Positions 39,663-48,373 of a stretch of 64,000 nucleotides of DNA are shown here, piece by piece. The notes beneath the pieces were generated by a model. That model was not told the origin of the DNA, made no database searches, and saw nothing but the letters and a program-made list of their open reading frames with translations. The first letter of the stretch is position 1, and each line of letters begins with the position of its first letter. Source of the DNA: Candidatus Fermentibacterota bacterium (lineage in GTDB: Bacteria > Fermentibacterota > Fermentibacteria > Fermentibacterales > JCC-6); contig CAWJQI010000001.1 of NCBI GenBank assembly GCA_963845085.1, positions 352,001 to 416,000 on the forward strand, given 5' to 3'. A program made the position numbers and the translations under genes.

Positions 39663-40954
39663 ACGTTCTCCCTCAGAAAGGTGGAATGTTCTTCAATGCC
39701 TCCCATGCGGGTTTCCCCGGTGAGCATGTTCTTGAGCCCGAGAACTCCCGTGGCCGCCTCGGAAGGCCCGACAACGAGCACCCAGGGGTAATTCTCCCGG
39801 GAGGCCTGCTGGAACTGCTTTGCGACCTTCCGTCCGGATATGTCCACCACGGTGGGGATGCCACAGCTTCTGAACCCTTCGCCCAGTTTCAGGGCGTGGG
39901 CAAGTTCATCCCTGGAGAAGACGGCGATGAACAGACGCGCCGGGGGAGCTTTGTCAAGATCGGGGGGCAGGCATCCGTAGGTTTCCAGAAAAAGTGTGAG
40001 GGCGAGGACTCCAAGCCCGAACCCGACACCCGAAATGGCCCTTCCCTCGAACATCCCCACGAGGTTGTCGTACCTTCCTCCGCCGCACAGGGCCCTTCTG
40101 TTCTCACCGCCGGTATCCGTAAGCTCGAACACAATCCCGGTGTAGTAGTCGAGCCCCCGCACGACGGAGGGGCAGAACTCTGCGGACTGCATGCCCGAAG
40201 CCGCAACGAGCCCGGCGAAATCCCGCACCTCGGCAAGCTCGGGACGGCCTGCGAGAAGATCGGAAAGAAACGGGTCGCCCGGGTCCTTCACTTCGCAGAG
40301 CCGTTTCACACCCTCAGCCGTCGCGGTCGAGCCGAACGCGCCAGTGAGCATGTCGAACCACTCCTCCGGCGCTGTCTTGTCCCTGCGGTCAAGCACGCCG
40401 AAGGCTCCGGCAGCATCCGTGACTCCCAGGGCTGAGAGGGCCGCAGAGGCGAACCTTCTGCTGCTCCACCTGACCCTGTACTTGTCCGACGAGACACCCA
40501 GCCGTTTCATCATGCGGTCGAGCACGAGGAAGATCTCGAGTTCGGCCCCTGGAGCATCGGCTCCGAGGATGTCGAGGTTGAACTGGAGGAACTCCCTTAC
40601 CCTGCCGCGCTGTGGTCTTTCATGGCGGTAGCAGAGGGGCATCGACATCCACCGTACCGGCAGGTGCATCTCACCGCGAGCCGCCACCATCCTTGCCAGG
40701 GTGGGAGTCAGCTCGGGTCTCATGACGACCTTGCGCCCCCCCCTGTCGGTGAACCAGTAGCTCTGCTTTTCTACAAGCTCTCCGCCGCTTTTCGCCTCGA
40801 ACAGCGAGAACGGTTCGAGAACCGGGCCGTCGTATTCCTGAAAACCCGACATCGCCCCCGCTTCGAGCAGCACTCGGCAGACGTGCCGCTCAACAAGGAG
40901 CTCCTCGGGATACCTTTGGCGCATTCCCGTGAGTGGGTTGGTGGATGGGGTCAA
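39659..40954 (-). CDS. hisS: Histidine-tRNA ligase
   Basis: MRPELTPTLARM, YRHERPQRGRVREFLQ, VRGLDYYTGIVFE, GGGRYDNL, GFGLG; TTG start. Confidence 0.95.
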   Translation of the reverse strand: MTPSTNPLTGMRQRYPEELLVERHVCRVLLEAGAMSGFQEYDGPVLEPFSLFEAKSGGELVEKQSYWFTDRGGRKVVMRPELTPTLARMVAARGEMHLPVRWMSMPLCYRHERPQRGRVREFLQFNLDILGADAPGAELEIFLVLDRMMKRLGVSSDKYRVRWSSRRFASAALSALGVTDAAGAFGVLDRRDKTAPEEWFDMLTGAFGSTATAEGVKRLCEVKDPGDPFLSDLLAGRPELAEVRDFAGLVAASGMQSAEFCPSVVRGLDYYTGIVFELTDTGGENRRALCGGGRYDNLVGMFEGRAISGVGFGLGVLALTLFLETYGCLPPDLDKAPPARLFIAVFSRDELAHALKLGEGFRSCGIPTVVDISGRKVAKQFQQASRENYPWVLVVGPSEAATGVLGLKNMLTGETRMGGIEEHSTFLRENV

Positions 40955-40955
40955 C

Positions 40956-42245
40956 TCATTCCCTTCCTTCCCCGCGGGCAAGCGGACAACCGCCCCCGCA
41001 GACCGTTAACTCGATGCACTCCCTGCACATGGACGGAAGGAACTCCCTGTCCCTGATCCGTACAAAAAGCCTGTCGTTCCATATCTTTTCCCATGGGTCC
41101 CTGAGGAGGTTTCCCGCCCCCTGGAACCAGCTCTGGCACGGGAGCACCGTACCGTCGGGCTCCACGCAGATGTTCATGGTTGCGGCGGTGCACCTTCTGG
41201 CGCCGAGGCCAAGCTGTTCCGGATCGAGCCGGCAGTACCGCGTGGGCGAGTACCAGAGCATTCTCGTCCCAAGGGCCTCACACGCGGCCTTCAGGTCTAT
41301 GAGAAGAGCCTCGAGCCTGACGTCCGGCAGGCTTTTCTCCCCCTGGGACGTGTGGCCGCTGCAGATGACCGTGTTGAATGCCGCGGCGGCGACCCCGAGG
41401 CCCGAAACGAATGCCGGTACGCCCAGGACGGACGCTTCGTTGTCGAGACACAGGGTGGTGTTCGTCACGGTGTGAAAACCGGCGGCGACGGAGTTCCGAA
41501 TTCCCGCAACCGTATTCTCCCACGCGTCCGCCCCGACCATCGCATTGTGCACTGCCGGATCGTTCGATTCGAGAGTGATCTGCACGTAGTCAAGCCCTGC
41601 GGCTCGAAGCTTTTCCACGCGGGCGGGATCGGAGAGGCCGACCCCGTTGGTGAGCAGCCCGGTGACAAGTCCGAGGCTCTCCGCATGCCTTACAAGCTCC
41701 TCGAGGTCGGCCCTGAGGATGGACTCGCCCCCGGTGAAGACCACCTGGGGAACACCGGCATCGGCAAGGCTGTTGATGATGCCCTTCCACGAGGCCGCAT
41801 CAATTTCGGAAACCTGCCTGTCGCCCTTGTAGCAGTGGCCGCACGCCACGTTGCAGCGGTACGTGAGGGCGAGGTCGGCCCTGAAGGGGGCAGACGGGAG
41901 GGTGTCGGGCGTCTCCTCCACTTCGAGGACCACCCGTTCGCCCCTGATCACGGCCTCGAGATCGCTGCTGAAGGCGGTGAAATCAGCCAATGCTTTCTTC
42001 CTCGAAAGGCCGTACCGTCTGGCCAGCCGTTTCGAGGCCTCCTTCGCATCCAGTCCCGACAGCATCAACCAGGCGCAGTCCGCGCCTGTGGCATTCAGGC
42101 GGATGAGTGACGCCGCATTCACAACAAGCACTCCGCTTCCGTCCGGTTCAACCCGGAGGTGCATTCTGGAATCGCCCCTGCGGTAATGGTGCAGCCCGGC
42201 CGGGGCAAGCCTGCCTTTTTCAACGCCGCCGAATATCCCCATCAT
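40956..42245 (-). CDS. Radical SAM/SPASM protein with N-terminal PqqD/RRE-like domain
   Basis: LTYRCNVACGHC, FTGGE, TNG; SPASM CTAA...DGTVLPC...GNL...CRECxxxxxCGGGC; N-terminus GVLVVNA..IRLNATG..W...LARRYG.....ADF. Confidence 0.9.
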   Translation of the reverse strand: MMGIFGGVEKGRLAPAGLHHYRRGDSRMHLRVEPDGSGVLVVNAASLIRLNATGADCAWLMLSGLDAKEASKRLARRYGLSRKKALADFTAFSSDLEAVIRGERVVLEVEETPDTLPSAPFRADLALTYRCNVACGHCYKGDRQVSEIDAASWKGIINSLADAGVPQVVFTGGESILRADLEELVRHAESLGLVTGLLTNGVGLSDPARVEKLRAAGLDYVQITLESNDPAVHNAMVGADAWENTVAGIRNSVAAGFHTVTNTTLCLDNEASVLGVPAFVSGLGVAAAAFNTVICSGHTSQGEKSLPDVRLEALLIDLKAACEALGTRMLWYSPTRYCRLDPEQLGLGARRCTAATMNICVEPDGTVLPCQSWFQGAGNLLRDPWEKIWNDRLFVRIRDREFLPSMCRECIELTVCGGGCPLARGEGRE

Positions 42246-43735
42246 CTACCTCCTCCGGCGCACGCGCAGGCACAGCCGGCACAGGCGCAGGCGCATGCAC
42301 ACCCGCCCCCGGAATGGGACCTGCCGCTCGAGACGGGCAGAGGGTTCACAACGCCCGCGACGCTCTGAGTAAGGCCGCGCACCGAGCTCGCCGCCGCGGA
42401 TTCTATCCTCGAGACAAGGTTTCCGCACGCAGCGGCAACATTGATCGAACTGCCGGTGCCGGCTGACGACACGGGCCATGCCGAGGAGGGGATATAGACC
42501 GGCGATGGAAGCCTCGAGAGTCTTGCCTGCGGCTTTTCCTCGGAAGCAAGGAGCCACTGGAACCTGTCCACGAACACCTCGGCCGCAGTGGTGGCGTCGG
42601 GCGCCTCCTCGAGCTGTTTCCATGCGTTCTTCATCACGCCTGTGTAGTACGCAAGCGTTGTCTTGAGGTTGAAATCCTCCATGTCCTTCGCGAGCTCGCC
42701 TATCATATCCTGGAAGAAGGTTCCGAGGTTCTTCTGCGTGAGCCCCTCCGCGCCTGCGACAAGCTCGAGAAGCTTCTTCTCGTACTCCCGCAACCCCCCC
42801 GGGACAACTCCCATTGGGGTGATCCTGGAGCCGGGTCCCTCACCCGTAACGGTCACGGCGCCCTTGCGGATAAGGCTCCAGACGATGAGCATCAGCACCC
42901 TGTCCAGGGGCTTTTCCATGAGCAGGGCGGCCATGGGGACCGTGAGCCCCCTTCTCACACCCTGCCCCCCCACCCGGATTTTGGGTGGCAGGTACTGCCT
43001 CGATCGCCGCCGGGAACTCCTGATCCCGAAGAAAAGCGGCAGGAAAACGAAGAGAAGCAGGATCAAAAAGACAGATATCGGAGCGCAGCAATCCGTGTTG
43101 AAGAACGTCCCCCCCGACGGCCTCTCAAGGAGGGAACCGGCGACAAGTCCGGCCGGGAACCCTATACCGACCTCGAAGGCCCGGTCAAGCCTGACCGACC
43201 TTTCCCATCGGTAGACGACCCTTCCCTTGTCCACCCATGCACTGTCGAACGGCGCCTCGTGATACCGCACGCTGTCGGGATTGCTGCCCTCTGGAAACAC
43301 CAGTTCGAGGACAAGGTCCGTGTCACCTGTAAGAAGTGATCCGTCGAACCAGGTCGGAGAGAAGTGGAATGATGCCCAGCCCAACTGGTCGTCGTCTTTG
43401 TAGATCCCCCCCCTGCAGATCCCCCGAAACTCGAGAACGCCGGAACCGCCGGGCGGGATGGCCGGGCTGATGGGTATCTCCACCCCGTTGTCGATGTACG
43501 AGGAAATGGATACGGTACAAGGGTTTCCGTTCAGGTCAGCCCACATGTCAACCGCGCTCCAGTCCTGGGTGGGCAGGCCGATGTCGACGACGTCGATCGG
43601 GTCGGCCCCGGGATTGCAGCTGAACCCGATCCGGTAGAACAGGGTGATGGTCTGGTCCTGATTGACCGCGGCCCTGCAGTACATCTCGGGTACGGAAAAG
43701 CTGTAGGAGGCCAGCAGCGCAAGCAGCACTACCAT
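42242..43735 (-). CDS. Signal-peptide/single-TM membrane protein (DUF2207-like layout) with C-terminal (Cys-Ala)n tail
   Basis: Signal peptide, beta-rich domain, TM followed by RSSRRRSR, ends SHSGGGCACACACAGCACACAGGGR. Confidence 0.85.
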   Translation of the reverse strand: MVVLLALLASYSFSVPEMYCRAAVNQDQTITLFYRIGFSCNPGADPIDVVDIGLPTQDWSAVDMWADLNGNPCTVSISSYIDNGVEIPISPAIPPGGSGVLEFRGICRGGIYKDDDQLGWASFHFSPTWFDGSLLTGDTDLVLELVFPEGSNPDSVRYHEAPFDSAWVDKGRVVYRWERSVRLDRAFEVGIGFPAGLVAGSLLERPSGGTFFNTDCCAPISVFLILLLFVFLPLFFGIRSSRRRSRQYLPPKIRVGGQGVRRGLTVPMAALLMEKPLDRVLMLIVWSLIRKGAVTVTGEGPGSRITPMGVVPGGLREYEKKLLELVAGAEGLTQKNLGTFFQDMIGELAKDMEDFNLKTTLAYYTGVMKNAWKQLEEAPDATTAAEVFVDRFQWLLASEEKPQARLSRLPSPVYIPSSAWPVSSAGTGSSINVAAACGNLVSRIESAAASSVRGLTQSVAGVVNPLPVSSGRSHSGGGCACACACAGCACACAGGGR

Positions 43736-44082
43736 TTGGGAGCCTCCTCGAGCTGATAGGTGCTTCCGCAGAACGGGCAGACCACCATCGCGGTGCCCCC
43801 GATCTCCCTGAGGGCTTCAGCGGAGAGCGTTCCCCCGCAGGAGCGACATTTCAGGCTCTCCATCGAAACATCACCGGAGAGGTCGAGCTCCCGCCGCTCG
43901 ACAATCCGGTGGACCTGTTTCCTGAACCCCAGGAACAAAAGAACAGCGCCTGCCGCAAGCATGACAACACCGTTTATGATTGTTCCGGTGGCGTGGTTGT
44001 ACGACCCGCCAATGAGAAAAAGGATCCCGAGGCCGATCAGGCAAAGCCCTGCCAGCACGATGACAACCTTTATTATCTTCAT
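43729..44082 (-). CDS. Two-TM membrane protein with C-terminal zinc ribbon
   Basis: Two hydrophobic helices, then CRSCGG...CPFCGSTY. Confidence 0.8.
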   Translation of the reverse strand: MKIIKVVIVLAGLCLIGLGILFLIGGSYNHATGTIINGVVMLAAGAVLLFLGFRKQVHRIVERRELDLSGDVSMESLKCRSCGGTLSAEALREIGGTAMVVCPFCGSTYQLEEAPKW

Positions 44083-44144
44083 ACCTTCTGTTCCCCCTGG
44101 AGCGCATGCGCCGTGAGTTTTTCCTAACCGAAAACCGGGAGGCA

Positions 44145-44657
44145 ATGGTGAAACATTACAATGAAATAGAGCCGGAGTCTATAGAGGGCAACCCTTTTGA
44201 AATGATCGGCAGGCGATGGTTCCTCGTTACCGCGGGCAACCTTGACAGCTACAACACAATGACGGGGGGATGGGGCGCGCTGGGGCACCTCTGGGGCAGG
44301 AACGTGGCCTTTGCCTACGTTCGCCCCGTGAGGCATACTTTCAGTTTCACCGAAGGAAACCCGCTTTTCACGCTCAGTTTCTTTCCCGATTCCGAGCGGC
44401 ACGCGCTGGAGTACTGCGGAAGCCACTCGGGCAGGGACGTGAACAAGGCGAAGGAAACCGGGCTGACGCCCTTTTCACCGGCACCCGGCTCAGTCTCGTT
44501 CAGCCAGGCCAACCTGGTTCTGGTATGCCGCAAGCTCTACGCGCACTTTCTGAAGCCCGAGGATTTCGTCGACAGCTCGGTTGACAGGGAGTGCTACCCC
44601 GCAAGGGATCACCACAGGGTCTACATTGGCGCGATCGAAAAGGTGCTCTCGAAATGA
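44145..44657 (+). CDS. Flavin reductase-like (flavoredoxin) protein
   Basis: WFLVTAG...NTMTGGWG, VRPVRHT, CGSHSGRDVNK, HRVYIGAI. Confidence 0.85.
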   Translation: MVKHYNEIEPESIEGNPFEMIGRRWFLVTAGNLDSYNTMTGGWGALGHLWGRNVAFAYVRPVRHTFSFTEGNPLFTLSFFPDSERHALEYCGSHSGRDVNKAKETGLTPFSPAPGSVSFSQANLVLVCRKLYAHFLKPEDFVDSSVDRECYPARDHHRVYIGAIEKVLSK

Positions 44658-45175
44658 CCCCGGTGATCCGGCACCTGTTCGAGAAGCCCGAGCTCACGGG
44701 AACCGTTGCCGGCTGGATCTACCGGGAGTTCTGGCAGGGACGCGGCGGCTACGACCTGGCAACACTGGAAAAACTGCTCGGAGACGCCGTTGACCCCGAC
44801 CTCATCCCCCTCTCCCTCCTGGCGGAGAAGGATGGCGTACCCGTCGGGACGGTGAACCTCATCGGTCACGACCACTCAAAACGCCCCGAACTGACGCCAT
44901 GGCTCGCGGCCCTCTTCGTCGTGAGAGAGTTCAGGGGAATGGGAATCGGGAGCGCCCTTGTTGAAAGGCTGCTCTCCGAAGCCGGAAGGCTCGGCGTGGA
45001 AAGGCTCTATCTGGGCGCGGACAACCCCGGGTTCTACACCAGGCTCGGGGCGGTTCCGCATGAAATAGTTGACGGGCTTGCCATAATGAGGTTCGAGCTC
45101 CCGCAGCATCATCGGACAGCCGCGGGCATGAGGCGGATCAGAACAGCTGTCGAGTCCGGAGGGGCATCCCGTTAA
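44654..45175 (+). CDS. GNAT family N-acetyltransferase
   Basis: PWLAALFVVREFRGMGIGSALV, FYTRLG. Confidence 0.85.
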   Translation: MTPVIRHLFEKPELTGTVAGWIYREFWQGRGGYDLATLEKLLGDAVDPDLIPLSLLAEKDGVPVGTVNLIGHDHSKRPELTPWLAALFVVREFRGMGIGSALVERLLSEAGRLGVERLYLGADNPGFYTRLGAVPHEIVDGLAIMRFELPQHHRTAAGMRRIRTAVESGGASR

Positions 45176-45201
45176 CGTTCAGAGATCCGGCAACGCTCAG
45201 T

Positions 45202-46908
45202 TCAGCGAAGAAGAATGAATCTTGCCGAGGCTGTTCCCGAGGGGCAGCAGAGTCGCGCAAGGTAAACACCGTTGCGGTTCGAACCGTCCGGGACCCATGT
45301 CACGCTCCCGTCCGAACCCGCGGGGAGTTCACCTACCTGCCTTCCCGTGACATCAAAGACAAAAACCGTGCCGCCGGAACCGGCAGGGACCACGAAACCG
45401 GCATCCACCTGACACGGGTTCGCAACCGGCCGCAGGAAAACGTTCGGGGGCTGCACGGGATCAACACTTTCAGAGCCCCCGGATCCGGTGAAGATGCCGG
45501 TGTTCCTCGCATCAACGCCCCGCATCGGCCAGTCCGCACCGTCCGCCACTCCCAGAGTGTTCCAGGCGTAGGCAACACCGTTCCAGGTCACGGCCACCAG
45601 CTCAAAAAGCCCGTCGCCGTCTATGTCCCCGGCCGCGACACCCGAGATCGACGGGGCGGACATGGTCTTGGGGTAGCCCACTGTCGCCGCGCCTTCACCG
45701 GAAAGCGCGTAGAGCATCCCCCCCTCGGTGACGAAGACCACATCCTGCAGACCGTCCCCATCAACATCGACAACCGTTGGAAAACCCTTCGGCCAGTCGG
45801 GCACGGGCACCGGCCAGCCCGGCAGCGGTGCGCCTGTGGCAAGGTTTACAGCGAACGCCCTGTAGTCGCTGACCAGATGGTTGTCCAGGGCGATGAGCTC
45901 CGGAAGCTGGTCACCGGTGACATCACCCAGCCCCAGGTAGAAAAGCTGGCTCTGGCTTGCAAGCTCGATGGGAAACCCGTCGACCGGGCTTCCATCGTGG
46001 TGGCGGGCCTGGACAACAGACGAAGTGCCCGCATTGTGGCCGATGATCACCTCGAGGTCACCGTCGCCATCGAGATCGGCCAGCAGCGGGGGGCCGAAGG
46101 TTGAATACCCGCCCGGGGTGATCAGTGAAACCGGGTAGCCGCTCCCGGGTTCGCCGTCGGGACCGAAAGCGAACAGCCGGTACGTTCCGTCGAGAAGTGT
46201 GACGGCCAGAAAACCATCCTGCCCGTCACCCTCAAGATCGCCGAAATACAGGCAGAGGATCTGCTCGTCCGGGTCGAGGTCCGTTGTAAAAAGGATGCCG
46301 CCCTCGTGGTCGAACCCGGAAATGCGGTAGTAGTCGCCGGTGTTGCCGAGAGTGTGGGCGCTCCATGCCTCAAGATCGCCGTCGTTGTCAGCATCGCCGA
46401 GGACAAAGGGAGATGCCAGTGCATTCGAGAACTCATCGGGTGCCTCCTGCGGAAATGCTCCGAGGTTGCCTCCGTCCGGCATTCTGCCGTTGAAGCTCCA
46501 CATGTATGCGCTTCCCGCGTACCAGTCGCGTTCCGACCACAGAACGGCTCGATCTCCGCCGCCCGTGAGGTCTGCGCATGAGGGACCCGGCATCTGATCG
46601 TTGGTGCCGTAACCCATGTAGACCATTTCGGTGACAGGCCAACCCGGCAGGAACGACCCGTCGCCGGCGAGTCCGAATGTGTGACCGCCCGTGAAGAACA
46701 CTTCGTCCGCGCCGTCGCCGTCGATGTCGAACACCGTCGGGGTGTACGGGTAACCGCCCCCCGGTGTGCCAAGGTTGACCGGCCAACCCTCGCAGAGGTC
46801 CGGGTCGAGCAGGAAGGCGGTCGGGGAACCGTCGGCAAAGGGAGTGAACGGGGTTCCGGGGGAGGGAAGGGCCAGCGGCATCAAGGCGATGAGAAACATG
46901 TGGATCAT
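45202..46908 (-). CDS. Secreted FG-GAP/VCBS-repeat protein with T9SS type A-like C-terminal domain
   Basis: Repeated DxDGDGxxE with GWPV/GFP/GYP, DWPMRG; C-terminus ANP...VFDVTGRQV...W...NGVYLARL...RFILLR. Confidence 0.82.
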   Translation of the reverse strand: MIHMFLIALMPLALPSPGTPFTPFADGSPTAFLLDPDLCEGWPVNLGTPGGGYPYTPTVFDIDGDGADEVFFTGGHTFGLAGDGSFLPGWPVTEMVYMGYGTNDQMPGPSCADLTGGGDRAVLWSERDWYAGSAYMWSFNGRMPDGGNLGAFPQEAPDEFSNALASPFVLGDADNDGDLEAWSAHTLGNTGDYYRISGFDHEGGILFTTDLDPDEQILCLYFGDLEGDGQDGFLAVTLLDGTYRLFAFGPDGEPGSGYPVSLITPGGYSTFGPPLLADLDGDGDLEVIIGHNAGTSSVVQARHHDGSPVDGFPIELASQSQLFYLGLGDVTGDQLPELIALDNHLVSDYRAFAVNLATGAPLPGWPVPVPDWPKGFPTVVDVDGDGLQDVVFVTEGGMLYALSGEGAATVGYPKTMSAPSISGVAAGDIDGDGLFELVAVTWNGVAYAWNTLGVADGADWPMRGVDARNTGIFTGSGGSESVDPVQPPNVFLRPVANPCQVDAGFVVPAGSGGTVFVFDVTGRQVGELPAGSDGSVTWVPDGSNRNGVYLARLCCPSGTASARFILLR

Positions 46909-46981
46909 TGCCATCTCCCTTGTTTGCTGGAACGCAACATGGCACGTATTCAAAAGTCTTGCTTGAAATTACGGCAGTTAT

Positions 46982-47536
46982 CTAATCTTCCTTAGTCCGT
47001 CCCCATTCGTCACGGAGGATGGAGAAGAAAAGGCGGTCGAGCCAGAGCCCGTCGCGGTGGCTGTGGCTGCGCATGGTGCCCTCGTACACGAAGCCGAGGC
47101 TTCGGAGCGTCCGTTCTGACGCTGTGTTGGCGGAGAGGCATGTGGCGCTTATCCGGTGCATGCCCAGCTCGTCCATTCCGAAGTTGACGAGCAGCCTTGT
47201 GGTCTCCCGGGCGATACCCCTGCCCTGGAATTCGCGGGCCAGGAAGCAGCCGAGCCTGCCGTCACCGCCGTTGCGCCCCCTCCCCCTCCAGTGGATGCTC
47301 CCGCAGCCGGCCACCCGGCCATCCCCGTCGTTGACGATGGCAAGCCGGTAGCGGGAACGGACCGGCTTCTGCCTGTCCCTGATGCAATCCGAGAGGTAGA
47401 TAAGGCTTTCCTCGATCGTGTCGGCCCCCCAGCTGAGGAATTTCATGACCTCATGGTCGCCGTGCCAGGCATGGACCGCAGAAAGGTCTTCGGGAACGTG
47501 TTCCCTGAGCGTGATTCCCCTTCCGTGGAGAAGCAT
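46982..47536 (-). CDS. GNAT RimJ/RimL-family acetyltransferase
   Basis: ITLRE, FQGRGIA, MHRISA...NTAS...LGFVYEGTMR. Confidence 0.85.
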   Translation of the reverse strand: MLLHGRGITLREHVPEDLSAVHAWHGDHEVMKFLSWGADTIEESLIYLSDCIRDRQKPVRSRYRLAIVNDGDGRVAGCGSIHWRGRGRNGGDGRLGCFLAREFQGRGIARETTRLLVNFGMDELGMHRISATCLSANTASERTLRSLGFVYEGTMRSHSHRDGLWLDRLFFSILRDEWGRTKED

Positions 47537-47537
47537 C

Positions 47538-48296
47538 TCAGTCTTCTCCGCCGAGGGTGTACGAAGGGGGCATGACCGGTTCGTACATCACGTGGGGCGG
47601 CACCGGGTAGAGCGGACCCTGCTTGGCGAGGGCTTCGATGTTCACGGCCATCGTGTCGCGGACGGTGTGCCAGGGCGCGGCAAAGACAAGCTCGTGGTTC
47701 TGCGTCCCGCCGAACCTCCTGTCACCCGCACATGGGAACCCGATCACGGGCCTGTCCTCACCGAGAACGAAGCCTATCGCGCTGCACACCGCTGCCTCGG
47801 CCACCGTGTCGGCTGAAACCTTCATGCCGTTGTTCCACAGCGTGCTGTGCACGAGCCTCATCACCTGGGCCGGGTTGGTGTAGAAAAGCACGACCTGAGG
47901 TTCGAAGGCGGCGTCTCCCAGCGGGGCGATCTCAATGGCGTCGTATTTCTTGCCGCCGTCGCCCAGCTTGTACGTGTTCTCGAAGAACACCCTTCCCGCC
48001 CCGGCGTCGCATGTGTACTTGCCCACGGCGGCTTCACCCGTGACAAAGGCCTGCGTGGTAGCGACAAGACCCGTGCACGAGGCACCGATCGCGCATACCA
48101 TGCGGTCCGGCACGCCCGCTGCCGACCTCCCGCCGTGCCTTGCCATGCTGATGAGCTGGCAGATGTTCAGCTTCATGGGAAAGGGCTTTCTTCCAAGCGC
48201 TTCCCGGCTGGCATGAAGGGTCACCGCAACTGGGCGTGTTTCAAGCTTCAGATGCCTTGTGAATATCTCTTCCGCTTCCCTGACATTCATCTCCAC
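47538..48296 (-). CDS. DUF169-family protein
   Basis: PVAV, CQLISMAR, C.IG...GL, PQVVLFYTNPAQVMRL, A.CS, PCAGDR. Confidence 0.75.
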   Translation of the reverse strand: MEMNVREAEEIFTRHLKLETRPVAVTLHASREALGRKPFPMKLNICQLISMARHGGRSAAGVPDRMVCAIGASCTGLVATTQAFVTGEAAVGKYTCDAGAGRVFFENTYKLGDGGKKYDAIEIAPLGDAAFEPQVVLFYTNPAQVMRLVHSTLWNNGMKVSADTVAEAAVCSAIGFVLGEDRPVIGFPCAGDRRFGGTQNHELVFAAPWHTVRDTMAVNIEALAKQGPLYPVPPHVMYEPVMPPSYTLGGED

Positions 48297-48373
48297 ACTC
48301 CCTTAGAAATGACGGGACTGTCCCGGAATGGCGGAAACATACAACACCCGTTCGTATCCGGTATATTGGCGGC

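Noticed and set aside
40956..42245. Calling the rSAM enzyme PqqE, NirJ/AhbCD or an anaerobic sulfatase maturase
   Set aside because: No pqq, heme-biosynthesis or sulfatase genes are adjacent, and the fused RRE-like domain and Cys-tail neighbour fit none of these
42257..42301. Cys-Ala tail as a simple DNA microsatellite or assembly artefact
   Set aside because: Synonymous codons vary, and the tail ends in frame at a coupled stop/start
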